Program-made: the position numbers and the translations under genes
Shown: positions 1 to 12,053 of the stretch, piece by piece
Layout: each line of letters opens with the position of its first letter
Numbering within the stretch: position 1 is the stretch's first letter
Assembly: GCA_043228905.1 (NCBI GenBank)
Contig: JBHGNT010000021.1
Span: forward strand, 186,001 to 250,000
Origin: Azolla caroliniana
Lineage: Eukaryota; Plantae; Polypodiophyta
Reading direction: 5' to 3'
Length of the DNA: 64,000 nucleotides
Notes under the pieces: generated by a model
Told to the model about the DNA's origin: nothing
The model's input: only the letters and a program-made list of their open reading frames with translations
Databases searched by the model: none

Positions 1-3000
1 TGCAACATACATTGATACTAGAATACCAAATCAAAAAACATTTAGGCACAAAGTTTTTTCTAGCAAGGTGAACTCTTTTGATTCATTATTAGTTATGAGT
101 TTATAAGTGTATGTTTCAATTCTTTCCCAGGTTCCAACTTGCTGTTTTGCATGCATTTCTAAATTCATTTTATCTCCTCCCTCTCCAGCATAAGCCTATA
201 TACACTTTATTTTACCTCAAAAGATAGGTGAAAGCCTATAAATAATGGATCTAAGATAGGGACATAACAAAGGCCTTGTATTTTGACAAATTGAATGCAT
301 TAAATAAAAAAAACTACCCCCACATATAATAAATACTCCAAACAAACAACGCCTCAAAACACATGTTCCTCGAGCACTAATAAACACATCCATTGCACTT
401 TAAAATTGTTTTCCACCAATCAATGGTTTTTGCATAATCCATATGGCCTCACAATGTACATCCATCCATGATTCAATCGGTATGATGCCATATATTTTAC
501 TCGTTGAAATGGGCAAGCAAGTGTTGCCAATCTTGAAAGCATCGTCTTGTTGATGTAAAGGTGACACATAACATTATCTAGGAGTTTCTTAATATATTGG
601 CACATAGAATATTATGCAATGCCCAAGCCATACATTCTCTAGATTCCGATAAAGGAAATACATCTCTTAACTTAAACAATGGATATACCGTATGCAATAG
701 GGAGTTGGCTTCTCGTGAACGAGATATCAATAGTAATTCTGGAAATATAACACTCATATGTATGTTTTCCAATTGCATAGAGTTCCCTTATTGAATCTTC
801 GTGCCTTGCAAATTGAGGTTCTCCATCATTTCTTCTGGCTAATTATTAAACTAGCACTCAAGGGCAATCCATAATAGGTCCTCTTGAATGAGCAAAGCTA
901 CACCCAAGTGAGATTCCAAAAGTCATTTCTAGTGTCCACAGAAATCAATGGAATCTACATCCAACCACTTCATGCCATGGCCCATAAGGTTCATTAGCAA
1001 GGTTCCATAAGTTAATTCTATTGTCCATGGAGATAAATCGAATCTACTTCCAGCACCTCATTCCATTCCTTAAGGGCATGATTAACCAAAATAGAATTTT
1101 GAAATTGGTTCAGTGGGAGAGGACCCAATATGCTTGAGAACTGTGAACCCTCTTTTTGGTCATATTTAAATTGATTGACCCTACTTTTGACATTCTATAA
1201 GTAATATGGTGTGCGTGCAACCAATCTATATTCAACAACAAATCTACAATCGGAAGTTCACTTCTAGACTAAATTGATCTCTTCGTAAAATTGCATGCCT
1301 AGAGCTTCTTTTTATCTTGTTTGTTGAGGCTACATGCATCCATTGAATACAAGTATCAAATAGACGGGGCACAAGCTAATACAATTTTTGCTTCCATCCA
1401 ACATGAATATAAAGCATCTCATTAATATCTATTTGTATGCAAAAAGAAAACACCCATCTTATTATGATCACGTGGAGCATAATAGATATGGATTTTTGCA
1501 TTTATTGTTTATCAAAAGATAAAATGAATATAATGGAAATATGTCACTGGTGCAAAAACAATATTTTCTAGGAAATACTAGTTAAATATATTCATTTGTT
1601 GTAAACTAAATATTGATTGGTCAAATGGGACTACCAATGCATGAACCATATGTTTATGTGGATTGTTCATTAATTCAAATAATCTCGACATTGTAGGTGT
1701 GTTGACATTGTAGGTGTGCATGTATTTATGTGAAGGTTATAAAAGAAGGCATCACATTTAAAAGTCATATGATACACCATTTAGTGATATCATCATTAAA
1801 AGTTTTGCTCAATCTAGTACATGGCATGGGGTTCGACTGAGATGTATTGACAAACTCCGTCAGTTCTTGAAGTGAAGTTTTCTTTAAATCAAGTAAAGCG
1901 TACACTTTGGAGGTTGTAACTTATTGTTAAGAACCTTACTATTCATTGTATTGTGTAGAATTTTATGAAACTAAAGTATTCCAATAAAAAAGCAAAGTGA
2001 CAAACGTGCAATTAATGACACTATGGATGTAGAACTATCAACACTTACAATATACATCATGCGACCCAAGAGAATCACATGGCTCAAGTGTAGAAAAATG
2101 TTATGCATAAACAGGTTGAGTTCCATTAAATTTACTTTCTTCACATGCTTTGAGATTAAAGGATCTACAACTCTCCATGAAGACCATCTTTTTTAGTGTG
2201 GACGCTTAATCTAAGCATGCTTGCCATGATTTCTTGTAGGTCTTTTAGATTTCATAAAATCCCTTTCTTGCATCAACCAATGCGTGGTTTGGAAAGCTAG
2301 ATGGACCCATGTATTATTGTCTTAAGCTAACTCAATAGGGCTACAAGTTGTCAGATAATGGTTGCCGCAATTTTACGCATTTGATAGAGAGAGTCGAACC
2401 CTTGTCCACCATAGCATGTATTACAAACGACTCTTTGATTTCATATTCCAGGTGAGTAACTACAAATGCATATATTTGTAGCTTGGTTAGAGTTGATCCA
2501 CAATCTTTCAATTTTGATTGGGATGCCTCAACACAGAATAATTGTTTGATTATATAAGTCGAAAATAGAATGTTGTATCTTAAATAATGGCCATTTGAAC
2601 TAGGACAATAAACTTACCCACTCTCACCAGTTCATTCTCATATTAAATAGTTGATCAAATTTTGCATATAGAACTCTTCATGTTAAGCAATCAACATTTG
2701 AATCGTAATAGCAATAACATATTAAAGCTTCTGAGTCCATTTTCATATCATGTGATTCATCCAAATTATAATAACACTTGCTTATTGGCACTAATCATAA
2801 TGGAATTCCGCGTAAAGTACATTGTTAATCCCTCTAATCATGAAAAATGCGTCATTACAAAGTACAACATTAAGCATATTGTATGTAAATATGGAATATT
2901 TTAATTCACATCAAGTAAGTAATTTACTTATTAATTACCAATCATTAGATGTACAAGTTCCCTAATTCCACCATAGTGATGGATTAATTTTATGTGACTC

Positions 3001-6000
3001 ATATGTTACATATACATATTACAATATCGCGAGGGTACATTATGTTTGGGCAAGATTTAGAAGTAACCAAAATACCCGTAAGTGTTATTGTTTCAGAAGT
3101 AACCCAAATAATACAATTGTAATCTTTGAGGTTCAAAGCTTGTTGTCTTGTCCATTCCCGTTGTCGTAAAGATTGTGGTTGTGTGTCGCAACCGTCGGGG
3201 TTCTGTGACTCGGGGATGATCGTGTGGATGGTGTGATGATAAGAAGCCGAGAAGGCAAGATAGATGCAAATTTGTCGCGAAAATAATTTTATTTGTAAAA
3301 CCCACTTACAAGATTTATTTGCCGAAAGGTACTTGGCAAGACTCAAACTCACAAATTCTATTTGAGAAGAAGCATTTAAGATAGACCACTTCAACCTCTT
3401 TGTTCTTTCTATTAATATAATTCTCTCTCTATTTATATATACTAACTTTATCTTACAAAATTTGTTTACAAAAAAACTTTGTTTTCAAAGGACTTGAAGT
3501 CATAACCTTTTGTTGGCAAATAAGTATTTGACATGCACCACTTCAACTTCTTCCTTGTCTTATATTTCTCTTCTTTTCTTTAACTTTTGTCTTGAATTAT
3601 GCAGGCCACCATCTTCTTTGGTGAGCTCCTCATCCCACACCCACACGAGCTTCTTCACTCGCTTCTTCTTCTTCGTCGTCTCCTCCTCATACAGGCGGTT
3701 TATTTTATATTTTTATTTTTATCTATTTATTTTATTTATAAATACTACAAATTCGATTTTGTAGTTGTACATTTGAGACATTATAAAAATGGCCCTTATT
3801 TAATTTCGACTCCCCCTTTTAACATAGTTACATTTGCGTCCCAAGTTGCATTAATCCTTCTTAAGCTTGTATCTTGGGCTTCTGAACTCCGATTCACAAA
3901 CCGGAAATTCCTACATGCTCCTCGTCATAAGATCTAGATGGGAAATGTACTTCTATAGATTTTTGACATCGTGAAGCATCAACTTCACGACATTGTGTTA
4001 TGAACTCTGAAGTCTTCTTTGCTTGCTCGCTCTTCTGGACGATCGACAAGATTAGATTGTCAGTTAAAGGCAAGGTGGTGCTATTGGTGTCCTCAAGAGT
4101 CATGTTTTGGACAACTCTTCAATCCTAGACCAAAAGCTCATTCATTCTTTGTTCCTCTCACCAAAATGGAGGCCCATGAGGGGGATGCCAATAGTATCCA
4201 CAATATGAGGGGATGCACACTTGCTAATGACAATAGTATCCACAATATGAGGGGATGCCTCCAATGTTCCACTTGTTAATGACGAGGATGGAGCACTTTG
4301 AAGGGATGCCTCAAACCTCCATCAATTTCAAGTCTCTTCCTCCCTCCCCCCCCCTAACACGCATTAGAGGAATGATATGAATCACACCATCTACTAATAT
4401 GCTAATATTGTATGCGTAGCCTCTAACAATGCTTACATTCATTACAAATGGAAATTATACCTGTTAACATATACAACTTTTCATTAATCTTTGTGGTATC
4501 TAGGTGAACATGGATTGCCAATTATGGCTGCCTTTGTTTTCTTGTTCTCTTTCTGCTTGTTGTGTTGGGTTTACATGTAATGAATGGGCTCTCTTGGTTG
4601 AGATGAATATAGTGTGTCAATGGGATCTAGATGCTTCTCGGAGCAACTCGTATCCCCTTCATTCTTATTCCATGGATTCATTGATTCATGCATTGCAAGT
4701 TGTTGATCTACATGTTGCTTCCACACTTGGTTACGATGTCTCTAAGAGAAATGAGTTTACGATAGTCCCTATTGATGAGAAAAGAGAGAACAAGTGGTTT
4801 ATCCAACACCTCTGTGTTCATGCACTCAACATCATCTTCACAAGTATGGAGAAAGTGGTTGTCCTTCTTGCTTTGTACGCCATGGAGACGATAAGGTATG
4901 GTTATGTGCATCTCGTCACTGTCCTATGGTGGGTTTATGTCAATGCAATACCATTGCAACTTTTCTTGTCATCCTCGTTCCATTTGGATGTGAGTGCCTC
5001 TACAAAGCATGAACCTAAGTCCATCATCAATGTAGCACCAATGGTAGCTAATGTAATGTGTCTGCATGCAATCTATCAAAACCATTATTGATTGTCGGGC
5101 ATGACACCTAGAGAGGGAGGGAGACATACTGTTTTTTTTCTTTTTCCAAAAACATATCCTCCATTGGTATTAATGAAGTCAATATACAAAACAGTCCACT
5201 ATTACAATCAATATTGCAACATATTTAAGTAAAAACTTCTTGAACAGTCATGTAGTCTCAGCAATCCAGCCACCTTTTTTGTCGATGAATTCCAATGGTT
5301 GGTGTCGATGAATTGTTGCCACCGAAATCATAAGACCACTAAAGAGAGGGGAGAGAGACATAATGTTAGGAGTTTATTGTTGCAGTTATCCGTTCATAAT
5401 TTGAAAAACCTTATTGATCCACCTAATCAAGCATGTTCCATTTTTTTGTTTGATTGTCATAGGTCATCTAACAAAATAGGTGGGTTTCGACCTAAGACTT
5501 GCGAGATGGCCTGCCAATAATGTGTTCATGTTTAGGAAATAAAGAATATCTAACCTCTTTTGATGCCCAAATGGACCTTTGACGCAAATCATGCACAATG
5601 GAATGCATGTTGGAGTAGCATCAAGAACTTGGAAGTTGGTTGTGCTATGTCTCCCCATGACGACATAAATAATATTCCCACAAGTTCATAGTCTACCGTT
5701 GGCTCATTAAGCAATGATTGTTGATAGAACACTACCGATGACTAATGATAAAGGTCTTGTCAATCCAGCCCTTGAGGTAAATCAATCCCCAAAAGAGACG
5801 TGGCAAGTTGCAACTCATTTGCCAAATTGTATGATTTTCCACAAACTAAATTTGGACCCATTTTTTGTTGAAGAAGTGTAACTTGACCATTGCACTTGTC
5901 ATAAAACATTTTACTTCCAAATTTCGAGCAAAAAATTAAGTCATGAAGTGTCATCAATATTTATTTGATTTAGAACATTTATACTTGGAGCTCAAATTGT

Positions 6001-7095
6001 AATCAATGTTCCAAAAGAAATGCCCCCAATGTAAACAATTGATCCTATGACTAGGGAACAAAAATGTACTTATATACAATACAATACAATACATTATCAT
6101 ACACCAACAATGTATTTTCATGTGAACTTGACCCAACACATTGATTCAACAATATTACATAACTATTAGGATGAGTTGTCATGGTTGACATCAACGACTT
6201 GTGGGCTTGGGTAAAGACTGTCAATGTATTATCAAGGGGATGCACTTGCTCAACGATTTTTGCAATTCTACTTTGTTACCATAACAACAAGCTATCATGG
6301 CATTATTACGATGTAGTTATGTTGGCCCCAAACTTGAAATATAGTATAGACCCTAAAAGTGCCATTTTCATGTGAACTTGATCAATAATATATTGCTCTT
6401 TGTGGTATTGTGTGGTCATCAAAACATTATGTCATAGTATCTAGGCAAATATGCAAAGTGCACCAAAAACCTAATCAATATAATTAATTTCGTCACCATG
6501 TACATTACGTAACATCGGGTCTGAATTCACAACATGGTCAAATACAAAAAGGGTCTATTGACTACCCATATGCTCAATCTACAAATTCCCCTTGTTGGCA
6601 AGACAATTGTGCCATGATATTTTGTAAGATCAGAAGTGTGTAGCAGGTCATAACATTGGTAGGAGATATAAATTGTGCAGGCTTCAATTCGTCGTAGTAC
6701 AGGGTCTTCTTGGCTGTGGGTGCTCGATCTACAAACATGTGATAGCATGTTACATAGGAAGCAACCGTAACATTCTACAAGGCCTACTGAATGAATGGAT
6801 TGATGGATACATACCCACATCATATACACAAATTATTCAAATCATAATGAAGAGACATTGTAGCGGGACCTACTCTTGCTTCAACTCACTTTCCATGCAT
6901 GCCACATTCATAAGGGATATCTATAATAACAACTACCCATTCTTTGGCTGGAGTCATCATCATCATCCTTCCTTCACCTTCCCTTCCAACAGCAACGAAA
7001 ATCTGATTCACATACATACATACATACTTTCCAGAAGAAAAATCACTTGTTTTTTTTTTTCTTTTTTTTGCGATTTTGGCAGTTAAAAAGAAGCC

Positions 7096-7418
7096 GAGAG
7101 AGAGAGAGAGAGAGAGACAACGCTGTAGCCTGTATCTGTTGTCTAGATGGAACAGAGTAGAGAGTGAGAGAAAGGAGAGAAGAGAGGAGAGAGACTTAGG
7201 AGAGAATAGAGAGAGACAGAGAGACCTACGAGTATATATGTATTGTATATGTATACATATACCCAGAGTGTGTGTGTAGTACATATTTGTGATGTTATTT
7301 GTTATCTAGGGAACAGAGAAATCGCCATTAAAGCTTTGAAGTGAGTGAGTGAGAGAGAGAGAGTAGTGCTGATTAGGGAGTCTTTCTGTGTGTGAGCAGA
7401 AACAACAGTCATAACAGG

Positions 7419-7456
<38 letters not shown>
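7096..7456. repeat. (GA)n and (CT)n microsatellites upstream of EMS1 (possible GAGA/BPC elements)
   Basis: GA runs at about 7096-7117 and 7351-7362, CT run at about 7419-7456; an AAACCCTAA telo-box lies just before the ATG (8033-8041). The regulatory role is inferred. Confidence 0.6.
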
Positions 7457-7458
<2 letters not shown>

Positions 7459-8043
7459 AATGCTGCCTACTGAGCTAGAGAAAGAAATTGAGGTCTTTGT
7501 GTTTGAAGGGAACAAAAGAGAGAGAATTTGAACCTTCACTGTTATTACTTATTGAACGGCCCTCTTCAGCTTCTCTATTTTCCTCTAAGCTTTCTATACG
7601 TAGATCCTAATCCTTGCCCTAGCCCTACCCTAGTCCCTAACCTAATGTCTTTCTGTAAAAAAAGGAAATCAGAGGGCAGAATGTAGAAGTCCATCCTTCC
7701 TTGGGCTTAATCAACTACATATTTTCATTCTTCTGCTTTGTCTTAAGACTTCTTAGGAACCCTCTCACACCTCTTCTCTGCTATGCCCTAACTTTACTTC
7801 TAACCCTAAAAAACATGCGAGTGAAGGAATCAGCAGAAAGCGGCATACTCAAAACTCAATCCCCCTACTTAGCTCTCAGGCTCTAACTCAAAATCGAACC
7901 CTAATACTAACATCGACCATTACACAAACCTGAATCCAAAGCCAAACTCTGGTACTAACTAACAGTGACCATAACACAAAGCCAGCGAGCGCTGCTGCGC
8001 TTAATCCTAACCCTAGCCTCATTCCTAATTAAAAACCCTAACC

Positions 8044-11000
8044 ATGACAACTTCTCTGTTTTTGCATCATCTCCTAATTATAATGATCACATCCTTCATA
8101 TATTGTCCTACTCACACAACATCTTCTCACAGCCCAGATGTGGATGCTCTTCTTGATTTCAAACGGGGGCTCGTCCATCCTGATATGCTTTCAGACTGGG
8201 AGGATGCAGCATTGTCATGGCCGGCTCCGCTGTCTCCGTGCGTGAAGTGGCGTGGCGTAGCTTGTGACCCCCGAGGTCGTGTGTCACAACTCAGCCTTCG
8301 AGGATTATCCTTAGAAGGGCCCATCACTCCTCTCTTCTCTCTCACTGAGCTTGAATACATTGACATTAGCACTAATAAGCTCTCAGGCTCAATCCCACCC
8401 GAAATTGCTAAGGTCAGAAGCCTGAAAGAAGCTATATTAACCAGTAATTTGATCCAAGGTCGGATACCACCGGAGATTGGTTCTCTCCCTTTGCTTCAAA
8501 AGCTCGACTTGGGCGCGAATCAATTGTCAGGACCAATCCCCAGTGAGATTGGGAATCTTTCTATGAGTTTGCGGTACCTTGACTTGAGCTCGAATGAATT
8601 AAGTGGGACCATTCCCGCATCTTTAGGTAAGCTTGGATTGTTGACTAATCTGGACTTGAGCTTGAATGGGCTAGTAGGGTCAGTACCTGAGGAGATTGGC
8701 GGCTTATCTTTGCTTCGAACCATTGACCTAAGCAACAACTCTTTGGGTGGGAATTTACCGGAGAGCATATCAAATATGTCTAGCTTGACCCACCTATGGC
8801 TCGACGACAATGCATTCACGGGTCCTATTCCAACCCGCATTTTTGATCTCACAAGCCTACAAGAATTTGCTGCTCGAACCAATCGTCTCTCGGGTTTGAT
8901 ACCGCCGAATCTCGGGAATCTTCAGTCTCTAGTGTCTCTAGACCTCTCCGACAACTCTCTCTCATCTTCACTCCCTCCCTCGATAGGAAACCTTGTATAC
9001 CTCGGGTTCCTCATTCTTCACAAAAACTCCCTTTCAGGCCCTATACCGTCAGAGCTCGGGAATTGCTCTTCTCTACAAGTAGTAGAGCTCTCATTCAACG
9101 ACTTCACAGGTCCACTACCTCTGGAGCTCGGATTTCTTTCTTCCCTGGCCACTCTCTCTGTTGAGAAGAATGCCATCTCAGGTCCCATCCCTCCTTCTTT
9201 CGGAAGCCTCCTTCAACTCTCCACCCTCAATCTTGGCTACAATGATCTCTCAGGTGAGATACCAAAAGAGCTCGGAAATTGTTCCTCACTCATGGAACTT
9301 TATATGGGTAGTAATAATCTGTCAGGGTCTATACCACGAGAGCTTTGCAACGCTGAGAGGCTAGCCACTATTTCCATGAACCAAAACCGTCTCTCGGGTT
9401 CGTTGGACTTTACATTCGAAGCTTGTTTTTGGCTCAACACCTTGGAGCTAGAAGGGAATGAGCTTTCTGGTAGTATTCCGGGATATTTCTCAAGGCTTCC
9501 TTTGCTTAGCTTGATGCTAGCCAATAACAATCTAAGTGGAACTATACCGGAAAGCTTTTGGAACATTAGTACCCTGCTTGGTTTCTACGCGGCTAGCAAT
9601 GCTATAGAGGGTACTCTTCCACCTCTCATATCCCAAATGCATGCACTTCAAGATCTTATACTTGACAATAACCTCTTCGAAGGTTCTATTCCTCTTGAAA
9701 TCAGTAGGATGTCCAAATTGTCGGTTCTCTCTTTGAATGGGAACCACCTCTCAGGGCTGATTCCTATGGAGCTTTTCAAATGCACAAAGATTACTACTCT
9801 CAACTTAGGTGGAAATAACTTCAGTGGGCCGATCCCAGCAGAGATAGGAGAGCTTCAACTCTTAGGTAATTTGGTTTTGTCTAAAAATAGGCTATCCGGA
9901 CCTATCCCACCAGACCTATGCCGAGCTTTCCAAATCAGAACTATCCCAGATAGTATTTTTATTCAGCATTTTGGCCTTTTTGATCTCTCTCAGAATGAAC
10001 TCTCTGGACCTATACCTAGCCAGATTGGACAATGTGTTTTTGTGGTTGATCTCCGATTAAGTCAAAACAAGCTCACAGGGTCTATACCTTCAACTATAGC
10101 TCGACTCAATGATCTTATCAAGATGGATCTCTCCGAGAATAGTCTATCAGGTGGGATTCCTCCTGAACTCGGCGAGCTCTCAAAGCTTCAAGGTCTCTCA
10201 TTGGGTCATAACCAGCTTACTGGAAAGATTCCAATGGAGCTGGGCAGCATAACTAGTCTAGTTTTGTTAAATCTAACTTGGAACCAGCTATCTGGTTCGA
10301 TTCCTGATGCTCTTGGAGAGATAAATGGGCTCACTCAGTTAGACCTTAGTTACAATAATCTCGAAGGTGAGCTTCCAGTTTCATTGCAGAATCTTATTTC
10401 TATTATGGGTCTTCATCTTGAAAATAATATGCTTACTGGCGGTATTGGGAACATGCTTTCGGAGAGTTCAGTGTGGCATGAGATGCAGATTCTTAACCTT
10501 GGAAAGAATCTCTTTAATGGCCCTTTACCTACAAGCTTAGGGAATCTTTCGGGGCTCTCAGTTTTGGATCTTCATAGCAATGAGTTTGTCGGAGAGATTC
10601 CAGCTTGTCTAGGAACACTATCTCAGCTAACATATCTAGATTTATCCGATAACCACTTAGTAGGAGGAGTTCCTTTGGGTTTCTGTGAGCTTCCTGATTT
10701 AATGTACTTAAACGTCTCGCGGAATGAGCTTTTTGGAGCGTTATCAAATGCAGGTACTTGTGGTGTTGAGCTCGACCGAGGATCCAAACCTTGTCAGATT
10801 CTTGGTCATAGTAGTTGTTCCTATGGCTACCAACCATCTTCTTTGAGTAAGGGCGCTGTATGTGGTATCATTCTGGCATTGCTAACCACCAGTGCATGCG
10901 CTTTCTATGTGCTTATCAAATGGAAGAGAAAGCGGCATTATATTCTTTCGGGGAAATTCTCTGAGACTACGAAGCTATATGGGTCTCAAGAATCATCCAG

Positions 11001-11964
11001 TTGTTATGAATCTAGCAAGTCCAAGGAACCACTTAGCATCAATGTGGCCATGTTTGCACAACCTCTCATTAAGTTAACACTGGCAGATCTTCTCCTTGCA
11101 ACTGACAACTTCAGCAAAACCAACATAATAGGGGATGGTGGGTTTGGGACAGTTTACAAAGCAAACCTGCCTGACGGCCGGTTTGTAGCAATAAAGAAGC
11201 TTGGTTATGGGAGCACTCAACAAGGAAATCGAGAGTTCCTTGCTGAGATGGAAACGCTGGGAAAATTAAGGCATCGGAACTTGGTCCACTTGCTTGGTTA
11301 TTGCTCATTCGGAGAGGAGAAGCTCCTGGTGTATGAGTATATGGAAAATGGTAGCTTGGACCTATGGCTTCGCAACAAAGCTGATGCTCAAAAAATCCTG
11401 GATTGGCCAAAAAGATTGAGAATCGCAATGGGTGCTGCCCGTGGGCTAGCTTTTCTTCACCATGGCTTCATCCCACATGTGATACATAGAGATATGAAGT
11501 CAAGCAACATTTTGCTAGATGCTTCATTTGAGCCGAGAGTGGCTGATTTTGGGTTGGCTAGGCTTATAAGTGCTAGTGATTCTCATGTGACCACACACAT
11601 AGCTGGAACATTTGGGTATATCCCACCAGAGTATGGACAAAGTTGGAGGGCAACAAGAAGAGGAGACGTGTTTAGCTTTGGAGTTGTTTTGATGGAGCTT
11701 TTAACTGGAAAAGAGCCGACTGGATCCGAGTACAAAGACTTTGAGAGTGGTAATCTTGCAGATTGGGTGAAATATATGGTTCGAATTGGTCCTGGTCATG
11801 ATGTGTTGGACCCTGTTATTGTTATGTCTAATGATGGGATATGGAAGACTCAGATGCTTCAAGTTCTTAACATTGCTATCTCATGCACATCTGAAGATCC
11901 TTTCAGAAGACCTACCATGCTACAAGTGGTTAATGATCTCAAAGACTTGCATGGCTCGATTTGA
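8044..11964 (+). CDS. EMS1: LRR receptor-like kinase, EMS1/EXS (LRR-X) type, intronless, 1306 aa
   Basis: Hydrophobic signal peptide, LRRNT (CVKWRGVAC), many plant LRRs (LxLxxNxLSGxIP), island domain RAFQIRTIPDSIFIQHFGLFDLS, TM helix, EMS1-type juxtamembrane KEPLSINVAMFAQPLIKLTLADLLLATDNFSKTNIIGDGGFGTVYKA, intact kinase motifs (AIKKL, HRDMKSSN, DFG, GTFGYIPPEY). Confidence 0.93.
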   Translation: MTTSLFLHHLLIIMITSFIYCPTHTTSSHSPDVDALLDFKRGLVHPDMLSDWEDAALSWPAPLSPCVKWRGVACDPRGRVSQLSLRGLSLEGPITPLFSLTELEYIDISTNKLSGSIPPEIAKVRSLKEAILTSNLIQGRIPPEIGSLPLLQKLDLGANQLSGPIPSEIGNLSMSLRYLDLSSNELSGTIPASLGKLGLLTNLDLSLNGLVGSVPEEIGGLSLLRTIDLSNNSLGGNLPESISNMSSLTHLWLDDNAFTGPIPTRIFDLTSLQEFAARTNRLSGLIPPNLGNLQSLVSLDLSDNSLSSSLPPSIGNLVYLGFLILHKNSLSGPIPSELGNCSSLQVVELSFNDFTGPLPLELGFLSSLATLSVEKNAISGPIPPSFGSLLQLSTLNLGYNDLSGEIPKELGNCSSLMELYMGSNNLSGSIPRELCNAERLATISMNQNRLSGSLDFTFEACFWLNTLELEGNELSGSIPGYFSRLPLLSLMLANNNLSGTIPESFWNISTLLGFYAASNAIEGTLPPLISQMHALQDLILDNNLFEGSIPLEISRMSKLSVLSLNGNHLSGLIPMELFKCTKITTLNLGGNNFSGPIPAEIGELQLLGNLVLSKNRLSGPIPPDLCRAFQIRTIPDSIFIQHFGLFDLSQNELSGPIPSQIGQCVFVVDLRLSQNKLTGSIPSTIARLNDLIKMDLSENSLSGGIPPELGELSKLQGLSLGHNQLTGKIPMELGSITSLVLLNLTWNQLSGSIPDALGEINGLTQLDLSYNNLEGELPVSLQNLISIMGLHLENNMLTGGIGNMLSESSVWHEMQILNLGKNLFNGPLPTSLGNLSGLSVLDLHSNEFVGEIPACLGTLSQLTYLDLSDNHLVGGVPLGFCELPDLMYLNVSRNELFGALSNAGTCGVELDRGSKPCQILGHSSCSYGYQPSSLSKGAVCGIILALLTTSACAFYVLIKWKRKRHYILSGKFSETTKLYGSQESSSCYESSKSKEPLSINVAMFAQPLIKLTLADLLLATDNFSKTNIIGDGGFGTVYKANLPDGRFVAIKKLGYGSTQQGNREFLAEMETLGKLRHRNLVHLLGYCSFGEEKLLVYEYMENGSLDLWLRNKADAQKILDWPKRLRIAMGAARGLAFLHHGFIPHVIHRDMKSSNILLDASFEPRVADFGLARLISASDSHVTTHIAGTFGYIPPEYGQSWRATRRGDVFSFGVVLMELLTGKEPTGSEYKDFESGNLADWVKYMVRIGPGHDVLDPVIVMSNDGIWKTQMLQVLNIAISCTSEDPFRRPTMLQVVNDLKDLHGSI

Positions 11965-12053
11965 AGGATGTGGGTATAGGTTGTGTATGGACATGATTGG
12001 AAACATTTGATTTGAAGGATGTGGGTATAGGTTGTGTATGGACATGATTGGAA
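11958..12053. repeat. 51-bp-period tandem duplication spanning the EMS1 stop codon
   Basis: GATTTGAAGGATGTGGGTATAGGTTGTGTATGGACATGATTGGAA occurs at 11958 and at 12009. Confidence 0.95.

Noticed and set aside
1-6900. Many short ORFs, such as 4504-5091 and 2999-3394
   Set aside because: No recognisable motifs or consistent exon chain. Probably decayed TE or intergenic DNA; I could not assign a family.
7300-7460. (GA)n...(CT)n fold-back as a MIRNA
   Set aside because: The pairing comes only from microsatellites, and there is no recognisable mature miRNA.
8127-11428. Antisense and alternative-frame ORFs within EMS1
   Set aside because: Shadow ORFs of a long coding sequence.
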